A stretch of 64,000 bases of DNA from Omnitrophica WOR_2 bacterium RIFOXYA2_FULL_38_17 (GCA_001805965.1 MHHG01000006.1:3741-67740), one strand, 5' to 3'; numbered from the stretch's first letter, positions 27,337-36,756 are shown. A program made the numbers and translations. The notes: generated by a model not told the origin, from the letters alone.

Positions 27337-28116
27337 ATGAGAACAAAAAATCCAGCTTTAAATTTGAAGGCATTTGATCAGGTTCGAAGCTATGGCTCGG
27401 GTGAATCGATGACTATTCAAGGAACAGTAAACAAAACATTTGTCATGCTGTTCTTGTTAGTCATGAGCGCGTCATGGGTATGGTCCAAATTAATGCGTCC
27501 GGCCGCACTTGTCGGAGGGTTTGAAGCAGTTGCAGATAAGCCTGTTGTCAATGTGGGGCCTTACTTGATGCTAGGACTGATCGGCGGAATGATCGTAGCA
27601 CTAGTAACTATATTTAAAAAAGAATGGGCCCCAGTTTCTGCTCCGATCTATGCCGTGTTAGAAGGATTATTTATTGGAGGCATTTCTGCTATTTTTGAAA
27701 TGCAGTACCCGGGGATCGTAATTCAGGCAGTTTCGCTGACATTTGCAACAATGTTCTCTTTGTTGGTAGCTTATAAATTCCAGATAATAAGAGTAACTCA
27801 GAAGTTTAGGATGGGCATAATTGCAGCAACGGGGGCAATATGCTTAGTTTATTTTATAAACTTTATAATGAGTTTCTTCGGTGGTTCTATTTCAGTTATT
27901 CATAGCAACGGGACTTTTGGTATAGTTTTCAGTTTGATAGTTGTTGCTATCGCAGCTTTAAACCTGGTTTTAGATTTTGATTTTATAGAGAATGCATCAT
28001 TAATGGGCCTTCCGAAATATATGGAATGGTATGGTGCTTTTGGTCTTATGGTAACTTTGGTATGGCTATACATAGAGATATTAAGACTACTTTCAAAGTT
28101 AAGAAGCAGGGACTAA
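27337..28116 (+). CDS. Bax-inhibitor-1/YccA-like 7-TM membrane protein
   Basis: 259 aa, about 7 TM. N-terminal arrangement similar to the BI-1 family. The assignment is tentative. Confidence 0.45.
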   Translation: MRTKNPALNLKAFDQVRSYGSGESMTIQGTVNKTFVMLFLLVMSASWVWSKLMRPAALVGGFEAVADKPVVNVGPYLMLGLIGGMIVALVTIFKKEWAPVSAPIYAVLEGLFIGGISAIFEMQYPGIVIQAVSLTFATMFSLLVAYKFQIIRVTQKFRMGIIAATGAICLVYFINFIMSFFGGSISVIHSNGTFGIVFSLIVVAIAALNLVLDFDFIENASLMGLPKYMEWYGAFGLMVTLVWLYIEILRLLSKLRSRD

Positions 28117-28137
28117 TAGAAAGAGCATACATCTTTA

Positions 28138-29559
28138 ATGGCATCAGTTACTAGAAAATCCTTAGTAAGGGATCATTTTGATAGCATTGCCAGTGAATAT
28201 GATTATTGGAAGAAAAAGAACAGCTATTACTATGACACAATAATCGAATTTGTATCGAGGATCGTGCCAGAAGGCAGCACTGTTCTTGAGATAGGTTGTG
28301 CGACTGGCTCGATCCTTTCAGCGATAAAGCCTTCTAGAGGCGTCGGAGTGGATCTTAGCTCTGAAATGATCAAGATCGCTTCAGCAAAATATCCTGAATA
28401 TTCTTTCTACAGCCTACCTATAGAAAAACTGCAGCTTGATGAAAAGTTTGATTTCATTTTAATGATCGATGTTGTTGATCATGTTTATGATGTAATGGAT
28501 GTCTTTGAGCAAGTCCACAAGTTCTGCAAGCCCACAACAAGAATAGTTCTTACCACAATAAATCCCTGGTGGGACCCGATCCTTTCAGTAATGGAAAGGC
28601 TTGGTGCTAAGATGCCGGAAGGGCCCCATAATTTTATAGAAAAAGGGAATTTAAAAAGAATGGCTGAGGCGGAAGATATTTCAGTTAGTTATAGTGGGTA
28701 TCTTTTATTGTTCCCTAAAAAAATCCCAATACTGTCATTTCTGGCAAATTCAATTGGCGTCAGAACATGGCTTATAAATAAATTCTCTTGTGTTCAGTAT
28801 ATGATAATGCAGACATTACCAAAGAATACAAATAATCTTGACCTTGGGTGTTCTGTTATTATCCCGTGTCACAATGAACAAGACAATATTCAGGATGCTA
28901 TCAAGAGAGTTCCTCATATGGGAAAGGGCACTGAGATTATTGTCGTTGATGACGGGAGCACTGATTCAACGTCCAAAAAAGTGAAAGAAATGATGGAGTT
29001 CTATTCAAACTTAAATTTAATAAGTTACCCGAAGAACGAAGGAAAAGGCGCTGCGGTCAAGAAGGGATTTGAGGCAGCTACGAAAGAAGTGGTAATGGTA
29101 TTGGATGCAGATCTTTCAGTAAGTCCGGAAGAGCTGCCGAGGTTTTTTGAGCCATTAAATAAAGGTATCTGTCAGTTTGTCAATGGTACGAGAATGGTCT
29201 ACCCGATGGAACATCAGGCAATGAGGATATTGAATCTTTTGGGCAATAAGTTATTCGGATTTATCCTTTCATTTATTATTCAGCAGAATCTCACAGATAC
29301 TTTGTGCGGGACAAAAGCGCTTTATCGTAAAGATGTTGATAGAATTAAATGGGGCACGGATAAGTGGGGGGATTTTGATCTTCTATTCGGAGCAACAAGA
29401 ATAGGCAGTAAGATAATCGAGATACCGGTGCACTATATGTCCAGAAAGACAGGTGAGTCCAAAATGAGATCATTTAAACACGGGCTTCATTTGTTAAGGG
29501 CTTGTTTTTTAGGGTTTATAGAACTAGTATCAAGCCGGTCTGATGAAAAGTTCAAGTGA
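28138..29559 (+). CDS. bifunctional class I SAM-dependent methyltransferase / GT2 polyprenyl-phosphate sugar synthase (ArnC/DPM1/GtrB-like) fusion
   Basis: N-terminal half carries a methyltransferase motif I (VLEIGCATGSIL). C-terminal half is GT2 (CSVIIPCHNEQDNI; VVDDGSTDST; LDAD). It ends in a short hydrophobic segment. Confidence 0.75.
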   Translation: MASVTRKSLVRDHFDSIASEYDYWKKKNSYYYDTIIEFVSRIVPEGSTVLEIGCATGSILSAIKPSRGVGVDLSSEMIKIASAKYPEYSFYSLPIEKLQLDEKFDFILMIDVVDHVYDVMDVFEQVHKFCKPTTRIVLTTINPWWDPILSVMERLGAKMPEGPHNFIEKGNLKRMAEAEDISVSYSGYLLLFPKKIPILSFLANSIGVRTWLINKFSCVQYMIMQTLPKNTNNLDLGCSVIIPCHNEQDNIQDAIKRVPHMGKGTEIIVVDDGSTDSTSKKVKEMMEFYSNLNLISYPKNEGKGAAVKKGFEAATKEVVMVLDADLSVSPEELPRFFEPLNKGICQFVNGTRMVYPMEHQAMRILNLLGNKLFGFILSFIIQQNLTDTLCGTKALYRKDVDRIKWGTDKWGDFDLLFGATRIGSKIIEIPVHYMSRKTGESKMRSFKHGLHLLRACFLGFIELVSSRSDEKFK

Positions 29560-30923
29560 TTTATAAGTATTATTAAAATTGGAGCAAGCGGGTAGAAATG
29601 TAATATCAATCTTGAAAGAGTTGTTACTTTTTTATCGCCTGCTATCCATGGATAATTTGAAGTAAATAAGGCTATTGCCGAGTAAAGACCTATAAAAAGA
29701 AAAATGCTTACAAGAACAAGGAAAGCTTCCCTGTTCTTTTTTTTATAATCCCATAATAAAATACTAACACAAGCTATCATCCATACGATATTCCAGTTTC
29801 CAGATAAAAACATATTAAGATAGAACGCATGAATAACTTTTGGTAGCTTCAATAACTGTCCCAAGCCCAACACGAGGGCAGTCTTATCACAATCTGCAGT
29901 ACCATCAATAAGATTATTGGTAAAAAATTTATAAATATGAAAAGACAGGCAAATTGTAAGCGAGGGTATTAATAACGCCAGGGTATTTTTTATGTTCTCT
30001 TTAAAAGAAGTTTTATTAAAAAAACTGATCATTATAAACAGGATGATATAAATAACAATAAACGATGAGCCTTCAAGCTTAGTGAATGATGCAAATCCTG
30101 CAAAAAATGCTGCTGTTATAAGGAAAGAGGTTTTTTTGCTGGATGACCAAAGTATCAACATCATTATAGTTATGCAGTTGTAATACATTAAAAATAGGTC
30201 TCTATATGAAATGGTGGCATGATAAAAGGCCAGGTTAGATGATATTAAGAGTACACAGCCCAGCAATGACCATGTCGTATCCGTGTAGTTCTTTAGAAAT
30301 TTATATTGAACTATGAGGAAAGAAAGAAAAGTACAAGGGAAAATAATCTTTATGTATTGATCTGACCAGCGACCTATATTAATAGCTGTCCAAGTTTCAG
30401 CCAAAGAAGTGTGAAGCGGGTATGTCGGATGCGGCAGGATCTTAAGAGAGGGAATGCTCTTTTCATAAAAGAAAATCTTTGCTTTGAAAGCGATCGTAGC
30501 AAAAGCGTCCCATGAGTCAATAGGCCAGCTTATCGCCCCCCAGAATATCTGAAGTATATTTACAGTGATAAATATTATAAGAAAGGAGTTAAATGATATT
30601 AGCATTATGCTTGGTTTTGGTGTAGTGACAATATCCTTTGGAGTTTGGATATTTTCAGATAGCGGGGTGCTATGCTTTGCTATAAGTAGGAAAATAAAAG
30701 AAAAACAAACGAGAGGAAATGTAGTATTTGCAAAATTTAATTCTAACCCGGATATGCCAATAATAAACATCCATATTGTAAGTATGCCCATGCCCATTCC
30801 ATATGAGAGGGCCAGATTTAAAACAATATCAAGTTTGTTCTTTGTAAAAATAAAAGATATTAGGCAATAACCACAAAACACGGGTATTAGTACGCTTATT
30901 AATAATAAGATAGAAAGGGCCAT
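29487..30923 (-). CDS. GT-C fold polytopic membrane glycosyltransferase (PMT/ArnT-like, GT39/GT83 family)
   Basis: 478 aa with at least 11 TM helices and an architecture like 4-amino-4-deoxy-L-arabinose or protein mannosyltransferases. Its 3' end overlaps the 3' end of the GT2 fusion gene convergently by 73 nt. Confidence 0.55.
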   Translation of the reverse strand: MALSILLLISVLIPVFCGYCLISFIFTKNKLDIVLNLALSYGMGMGILTIWMFIIGISGLELNFANTTFPLVCFSFIFLLIAKHSTPLSENIQTPKDIVTTPKPSIMLISFNSFLIIFITVNILQIFWGAISWPIDSWDAFATIAFKAKIFFYEKSIPSLKILPHPTYPLHTSLAETWTAINIGRWSDQYIKIIFPCTFLSFLIVQYKFLKNYTDTTWSLLGCVLLISSNLAFYHATISYRDLFLMYYNCITIMMLILWSSSKKTSFLITAAFFAGFASFTKLEGSSFIVIYIILFIMISFFNKTSFKENIKNTLALLIPSLTICLSFHIYKFFTNNLIDGTADCDKTALVLGLGQLLKLPKVIHAFYLNMFLSGNWNIVWMIACVSILLWDYKKKNREAFLVLVSIFLFIGLYSAIALFTSNYPWIAGDKKVTTLSRLILHFYPLAPILIILINHLNFSSDRLDTSSINPKKQALNK

Positions 30924-30925
30924 TT

Positions 30926-31654
30926 TTATTTCCTCAGGGTTAAAATATATTCATTGTTCATGTTTACTAAGATCTCATCCTTATCATTTATATACTTTTG
31001 GGGATCATTAACAAAGTAAAGGACATTAACATCCTTTTTTGTTTTGTTATCAAACCCGATAGTTACTTCTGGATAAAGAAAGTATTTTATTATTCTGGAG
31101 TTGATAATGCACGGATCTTCATCGCATTTTAAGTCGGTTAAAAATTCTGCTTGATGCCGCCCGGACAATTTGTTTTTTGCTCTTATGGCAAATTCGTATT
31201 CTTCCTTAAAAAGCATTGATTTCTTATCGCTTTCAGAACGCTTTTTTGTTACTGCAAAATCCTTTGTAAGAACGTTGTATCTGCTAGATTGTTGTAGGAA
31301 AGTTAATAAGAAGAAACAGAAGAACATGAATAGCAGTATGGTCCTCTTTATTGATCGAGCAGTCGAAAAATTTTTTCCAATATAGTTTATTATTGCAAAA
31401 ATATAAAGGCTAGTTACTATTAAGACCATAAAGAAATATGTAAAGCTGTATATGTGGAAATCCTTGATATTTTTTAGTGTGAAGAGATCAGAATTCGGGG
31501 TGCACAATCTTTCCTTATGTGCCTCTATGACAGCAACATAAGGGATATCCAATATGCTTTTCAATATGAAGATATAAAGTAAGGAATATAATAGGAAACA
31601 GATCAATGTCTTTAAACAGAAAAGCGTGTCTTTTTTTATGGGTAGTTGAATCAT
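30926..31654 (-). CDS. 3-TM membrane protein with conserved C-terminal domain, paralog 1 of a tandem pair
   Basis: Shares GRHQAEF...YFLYPEV...FDNKT.KD...Y...DP and an identical 3-TM layout with the adjacent ORF. It starts 2 nt after the GT-C stop on the same strand, so it is the same operon. Confidence 0.5.
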   Translation of the reverse strand: MIQLPIKKDTLFCLKTLICFLLYSLLYIFILKSILDIPYVAVIEAHKERLCTPNSDLFTLKNIKDFHIYSFTYFFMVLIVTSLYIFAIINYIGKNFSTARSIKRTILLFMFFCFFLLTFLQQSSRYNVLTKDFAVTKKRSESDKKSMLFKEEYEFAIRAKNKLSGRHQAEFLTDLKCDEDPCIINSRIIKYFLYPEVTIGFDNKTKKDVNVLYFVNDPQKYINDKDEILVNMNNEYILTLRK

Positions 31655-31677
31655 TGTTTCTTGTTTGTAAAAAAAAA

Positions 31678-32394
31678 TTATTGTTGATGTTCTGTTAAAA
31701 TGAAATTGTCTTTAATGTTAACTAAGGTCTTGTCATTTTCAGAAATAAAGCTTTTTGGGTCCTCTGAAAAATAAATAACCTTATGGTCTTTAGGCGTTTT
31801 ATTGTCAAATCTCAATGAGACTTCTGGATATAGAAAGTACGAAATCATTCGCAGTTTTTTCATGCCAGGATTAATGTTGCAATCAAGACTGGTAATAAAG
31901 TCCGCTTGATGCCTTCCTTTGACAGCCTTTTTTGACAGAAGTGAAAAATAGTATTCACCTTTGAAAAGAGCCAGATTCCTTTCGACCTCAGTTTTGCCTT
32001 TCATTGTTGAATAGTCCTTTATAGTCTGATTGCACCTGTTTAATTGCTGAAATAAAGCAATAGTAAAGAAATTAAGCATTATGAAGGAATAAATAATTTT
32101 TCGTATTGTTTTTATTAAAGAGTTATCCCCGAAGAACAGCCTTGTGATACTTATGGAGAATATTGTTGACGAAAAAATAAAGATAATCCAATAAAAATAA
32201 CTGTAAATGTTTATTCCTTTGATCTTTATAAGCTTAATGAGATTTTCTCTTCGGTGGATAAGGATCTTTCCTAAAATCTTAATAAGATCAAAGGGTGACA
32301 TTTTTAATAAAAAGGCAAGAAAACATATAGCTAGAACGGGATATATGACAATAGCTGCTATTAAAAGCTTATTGAATTTCGGATTATTGTTCAT
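31678..32394 (-). CDS. 3-TM membrane protein with conserved C-terminal domain, paralog 2 of a tandem pair
   Basis: Paralogous to 30926..31654 across the TM region and the C-terminal about 115 aa (GRHQADF...YFLYPEVSLRFDNKTPKD). It is the first gene of the minus-strand operon. Confidence 0.5.
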   Translation of the reverse strand: MNNNPKFNKLLIAAIVIYPVLAICFLAFLLKMSPFDLIKILGKILIHRRENLIKLIKIKGINIYSYFYWIIFIFSSTIFSISITRLFFGDNSLIKTIRKIIYSFIMLNFFTIALFQQLNRCNQTIKDYSTMKGKTEVERNLALFKGEYYFSLLSKKAVKGRHQADFITSLDCNINPGMKKLRMISYFLYPEVSLRFDNKTPKDHKVIYFSEDPKSFISENDKTLVNIKDNFILTEHQQ

Positions 32395-32530
32395 GAAAGG
32401 TTTTTTTCTGTCGTTTATATGGAATGTCTTCTTTCCTGTATTTTATCGGTTTTGTATTGTTTCGCAAGAAAAGAGTTTTTTACTTTAATATATATATGTT
32501 ATTCAAATTATTAACGTTTATAACAAAAAT

Positions 32531-32559
32531 TTGACAAAGCGGCAGACATCCTACATACT
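32531..32559 (+). promoter_or_regulatory. candidate sigma70 promoter for the multi-receiver gene (TTGACA-17-CATACT), within a divergent intergenic region
   Basis: TTGACA at 32531-32536, 17-nt spacer, CATACT (4/6 to consensus). An AAGGAGA RBS lies at 32614-32620 and an in-frame ATG at 32627. Confidence 0.35.
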
Positions 32560-32602
32560 TTAATACTAATATTTTTTTCAATCCAAAATACAATTTGTTT
32601 TT

Positions 32603-35600
32603 ATGATGATCTCAAGGAGATTGTTTATGTATGTTTATTCAGGGAAAAGACGTTTTTGCGCAATTAATCGTCTTTTTATTGCATTTATATCTTTTTCGCT
32701 GTTATTTAGCTCAATGATCACAGGACCTGCTTTTGCTCAAAGCATTGGAATGCTTAACCTGCCGGTTCCTGGCACTATGGTCGTTCAATCACAGGCATTT
32801 GTCCCGGTGCTGCTTAAAGGTATGACAATTTATCCGGATGACCCGCTGAAATTTGACTTTATTGTCGATAGTGGGAACACGGATTTTGATCAAGACGAGA
32901 TACAGAAAGAATCAGAGAAGCTTGTGAAATATTTTCTGGCTTCAATGACCGTTCCCAAGGATGACCTCTGGGTCAATCTTTCTCCTTATGAAGGGGACCG
33001 CATAATAACGGATGAGCTGGGGAAAACTGAATTGGGGAGAGATCTTTTAGCTCAGGATTATATTTTAAAGCAATTAACAGCATCTTTGATGTATCCGGAA
33101 GATGAATTGGGCAGGGAATTCTGGGAAAGAATATATGAAAAAGTTCAAGATCAGTTTGGAACATCGGATATTCCCGTCAATACTTTCAACAAAGTTTGGA
33201 TCCTCCCGGAAAGTGCTACTGTTTACGAAAACGGGCATACTGTTTTTGTTGTAGAGTCAAAATTAAAGGTAATGTTGGACAGCGATTATCAGGCGATGAT
33301 GCATAGTGCTGATTCCGTAGGGGATTCCCTTGCTGGTGCCCGTGATCAAAATGGGATTAATGTAAACGGACAGGTACAAGACCTGTCCTTACAGAAATAT
33401 TCAAATATAGTCCGAGAGATACTCATTCCCGAGATTGAAAAAGAAGTTAATGAGGGAAAGAATTTTGCTCCTCTTCGTCAGATATATAATTCTTTGATAC
33501 TTGCAAAATGGTACAAAGAAACGATCAAAGATTCTTTATTGTCCTCAATTTATATTGATCAGAACAAGACCGCGGGCGTTGAGCTTGATGATACAGCGTT
33601 TAAAGAAGAGATATACCAAAGGTATCTTAAGGCATATAAAAAAGGCGTTTTTGATTATATAAAGGAAGATTATGATGCTTTAACTGATCAGGTTGTTGAT
33701 AGAAAATATTTTTCAGGCGGCTTTAGGGATACCTCAATGCTGATAGACAAGACAAGCAACAAAGCAATTATCGGAAGGTCAGTTACTGGTAAGACATTCA
33801 GTTTTGAAATGGGCATTAAGCCGGAAATCACCAGGCCGGATGTTGCTATGTTATCTGGCAAGAGGATATTAGTAGTAGACGGTGATGATACGTATTCAGA
33901 TTTGATGGAAGATATTCTTGAAAGGGAAAACGCTGTTGTTGTAACTGCTTCAGATGGGCAGCAGGCCTTGGTTATTTTAAAAGCAGACAGAAAATTTGAT
34001 CTGGTTTTAGCTGACCTGGATATGCCTAATATGAGTGGTGATCAGTTAGCAAGAATGGTAAATGAATTGGCTTTTGGGATACCTGTTGTCCTTCAAACCT
34101 GGAATGGGTCAAAAATACCGCAACTTTCTGAAAGCCTTGCAGGCATTGCTAGAGTTGTGGATAAAGGCTTGTCATTTGACCTCGGCAAATTTTACAAGGA
34201 AATTGAAAGTTCAGTTACTCAAGAAAATGCTTTGAAAAAAGATGCAGCGATGCTCTCGGGGAAAAGGATATTAGTTGTTGATGACAGTGATTTCATGCTA
34301 AAGGTCATGAAGAGCCTTTTAGAAGGACAGAATGCTGAAGTTGTAACGGCAGCTGATGGCAAAGATGCTTTAGATATACTTAAGGACGATTCAAGATTTG
34401 ACTTAATAGTTTCAGATTTTAGGATGCCTATAGTTAAGGGAGATGAACTAGCTCAGGTTGTAAAGGATTCAGGGTATGGCATCCCAGTGCTGATTCAAAC
34501 AACAAATACTGAGGAGGTGGTTTCTGGCTTGTCGAAAAGATTATCGGGAATTGCCACGGTAATTGATAAAGGCGACCTCGGGAATTTGTATAAAGGGATC
34601 AATGGTTTAATCTCACCTGAGAGAAAATCCGGAGCAGATAGGTCCATGCTCTCTGGAAAAAGGATCTTGGTAGTTGATGATTATGATTCAATGAGAGAAG
34701 GTATGGAGATACTTTTTCGAATGAGGGGTGCTGTTGTTGTCACTGCTTCAAATGGACAGGAAGCATTAGATATATTGGCAAAAGACCAGAAATTCGATTT
34801 GATAATGACAGACTATCAAATGCCTGTAATGGATGGGGTAGAATTGGCCCAAAAAGTAAGTGAAACTAAACTTGGGATACCTGTTCTCATGCAAACCGCG
34901 AAAGATGAGGAAATCCCTAGATTAACAGAGGAGCTTTCAGGTGTCGCAAATGTAATAAAAAAAGGTCTAGATAATAAAATTATTGTTGAGGCTGTTGCTA
35001 ATTCAATAGAAGGTACCATTCCAGCAAAGAAAGACAGCTCTATGTTAGCTGGAAAGAGAGTATTGGTTGTTGATGATTATCCCGGTATTGCGAGAATGAT
35101 CCAAAGGGTATTAGGCTTAAAAAATATTGCAGTTGTAACTGCTAATAATGGACAGGAAGCATTGGATATATTGGCAAAAGACCAGAAATTCGATTTGATA
35201 ATGACAGACTATCAAATGCCTGTGATGGATGGGGTAGAATTAGCCAAAAAAGTAAGTGAATCTAAATTTGGGATACCTGTTCTTATGCAAACTGCAAGAG
35301 AGGAGGAAATACCTCGATTAAAAGAAGATCTTTCAGGTGTTGCAACAATAATCAAAAAAGGCTTTGGCGTTGATGCGCTTGTTGAGGCAATCGCTGGATC
35401 AATTAAGAGCGTGGCTTCTTTAAACAAAGAGGGCTCTATGCTTAGTGAAAAGGCAAAAGTTCAGTTATCACAAATGCATGTAACTGAAGATGATGAAGTC
35501 CAGCTTAGAAGATTATCCGAAAGTGACTGGTATGAACTTATTAAACAGATAAATCAATCTAGGGTAGTAAATCCGGTCTCTTATGATGTGACAAGTGATA

Positions 35601-36154
35601 TTTTCGGTATTTATGTTGACGAGGAGCAATCGGGCTCAATGACTCAAGCTGCAATAAGAAAGATCTTGGATGCGTTAGATGATTCGTTCAACAGGCCGAT
35701 AAATCTTGTGGTTTTTACTGATTTTTCTTTAGAGGTTGGATTGGTTTATGAGGGGCTGCATAACGTATTGTTTGTTTCAACGCCTGCATTTTTAGTTGCT
35801 ATGAGCTCTGGGGAAAAATATTCTCCTGTGATCGTGTCAGGAGATATGTTGAGTAATAATAGCGATGAAGATTTGTTGGTTATTAAAGAACAACTTCAAT
35901 CAGCTACTTCTGATAATCCTCAAGCAGGAGATGTCGGTGGTATTGATATGAACAGTATTGACTTTGAAAGGACTGGCGAGGGCGTAAAAATTGAATTTTC
36001 ACCTAGCGCTTTTGACCCGGTGATAATAAATATGGGGATAGAGGGATTTTCTCCGGTGATTATTAATTTAACACCGTTAAATAGTGTGTTTCCACTTCTT
36101 GGTTTTGATTCAAGAGATGAAGATCCCTTAGAAATATCATTGGGGAGGAATTAG
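32603..36154 (+). CDS. large protein with Sec-type signal peptide, about 380-aa N-terminal domain, four tandem receiver (REC) domains and about 250-aa C-terminal domain; no output domain recognised
   Basis: Four repeats of the CheY-like receiver fold, each with an acidic pocket (VVDGDD, VVDDSD, VVDDYD, VVDDYP), a phospho-acceptor Asp (ADLDMP, SDFRMP, TDYQMP x2) and a conserved Lys (VVDKG, VIDKG, VIKKG, IIKKG). N-terminus is LFIAFISFSLLFSSMITGPAFA|QS. The true start is probably the in-frame ATG at 32627, which follows an RBS. Confidence 0.8.
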   Translation: MMISRRLFMYVYSGKRRFCAINRLFIAFISFSLLFSSMITGPAFAQSIGMLNLPVPGTMVVQSQAFVPVLLKGMTIYPDDPLKFDFIVDSGNTDFDQDEIQKESEKLVKYFLASMTVPKDDLWVNLSPYEGDRIITDELGKTELGRDLLAQDYILKQLTASLMYPEDELGREFWERIYEKVQDQFGTSDIPVNTFNKVWILPESATVYENGHTVFVVESKLKVMLDSDYQAMMHSADSVGDSLAGARDQNGINVNGQVQDLSLQKYSNIVREILIPEIEKEVNEGKNFAPLRQIYNSLILAKWYKETIKDSLLSSIYIDQNKTAGVELDDTAFKEEIYQRYLKAYKKGVFDYIKEDYDALTDQVVDRKYFSGGFRDTSMLIDKTSNKAIIGRSVTGKTFSFEMGIKPEITRPDVAMLSGKRILVVDGDDTYSDLMEDILERENAVVVTASDGQQALVILKADRKFDLVLADLDMPNMSGDQLARMVNELAFGIPVVLQTWNGSKIPQLSESLAGIARVVDKGLSFDLGKFYKEIESSVTQENALKKDAAMLSGKRILVVDDSDFMLKVMKSLLEGQNAEVVTAADGKDALDILKDDSRFDLIVSDFRMPIVKGDELAQVVKDSGYGIPVLIQTTNTEEVVSGLSKRLSGIATVIDKGDLGNLYKGINGLISPERKSGADRSMLSGKRILVVDDYDSMREGMEILFRMRGAVVVTASNGQEALDILAKDQKFDLIMTDYQMPVMDGVELAQKVSETKLGIPVLMQTAKDEEIPRLTEELSGVANVIKKGLDNKIIVEAVANSIEGTIPAKKDSSMLAGKRVLVVDDYPGIARMIQRVLGLKNIAVVTANNGQEALDILAKDQKFDLIMTDYQMPVMDGVELAKKVSESKFGIPVLMQTAREEEIPRLKEDLSGVATIIKKGFGVDALVEAIAGSIKSVASLNKEGSMLSEKAKVQLSQMHVTEDDEVQLRRLSESDWYELIKQINQSRVVNPVSYDVTSDIFGIYVDEEQSGSMTQAAIRKILDALDDSFNRPINLVVFTDFSLEVGLVYEGLHNVLFVSTPAFLVAMSSGEKYSPVIVSGDMLSNNSDEDLLVIKEQLQSATSDNPQAGDVGGIDMNSIDFERTGEGVKIEFSPSAFDPVIINMGIEGFSPVIINLTPLNSVFPLLGFDSRDEDPLEISLGRN
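34757..35362 (+). repeat. recent tandem duplication inside the multi-REC gene (REC3 vs REC4, about 90% nt identity, 396-nt period)
   Basis: 34757-34966 and 35153-35362 are near-identical at the nucleotide level. The antisense ORFs at 34816..35019 and 35212..35427 in the six-frame track are also duplicates. Confidence 0.8.
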
Positions 36155-36174
36155 TCCTTTATTGCCAGTGAAGG

Positions 36175-36756
36175 CTACTGTAGTTTGAAGGCCTTTAGAT
36201 CTTCATATATGGGGCCTTTAGGCGTTAATATGCTTTTGATAAGTTTTATTTCTGTTATTTCCTGATAGATGCTTTGCGGGAGCGAATAAATTTTTAATGC
36301 ATTAGCAAGTGCTGAAATATTCTTTAGGCTTCGAATCCTTCCTATCGTTACATGAGGCTTAAAGGAATGCTCTTCTTTTTTAAATCCTTCCTTAGTAAGC
36401 GTGTTGTCAATTGCTTCAACCAGATCAGCTATTTCATTTGAATTATCTTCGAGCCCTATCCAGATAACTTTAGGCTTTTCAATTTTTGGAAAAGCTCCAA
36501 GTTGACTCAACTGTGTTCGAATTGATCTAATGTGTTTTGTGAGAAATTCAAGCTTTTCAACAATCTTTGGAACTCTTTTTTGCTCGATTTCTCCTAAAAA
36601 TTTTAAAGTTAAATGTACATTTGTTGTTTTTACCCATTTAACGTCGCAGTCAATATTTTCTAAATGTTCCTGAGCTTTACCGATCTCATTTAAGATCGTA
36701 TCGTTTATGTTAGCTGCAATAAATGTTCGGATGTTTTCGCTTAAATTAGTAATCAT
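36175..36756 (-). CDS. thpR: RNA 2',3'-cyclic phosphodiesterase / 2'-5' RNA ligase (LigT/ThpR, 2H phosphoesterase)
   Basis: Two HxT/SxG motifs (VHLTLKF; HVTIGR). 193 aa. Confidence 0.8.
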   Translation of the reverse strand: MITNLSENIRTFIAANINDTILNEIGKAQEHLENIDCDVKWVKTTNVHLTLKFLGEIEQKRVPKIVEKLEFLTKHIRSIRTQLSQLGAFPKIEKPKVIWIGLEDNSNEIADLVEAIDNTLTKEGFKKEEHSFKPHVTIGRIRSLKNISALANALKIYSLPQSIYQEITEIKLIKSILTPKGPIYEDLKAFKLQ

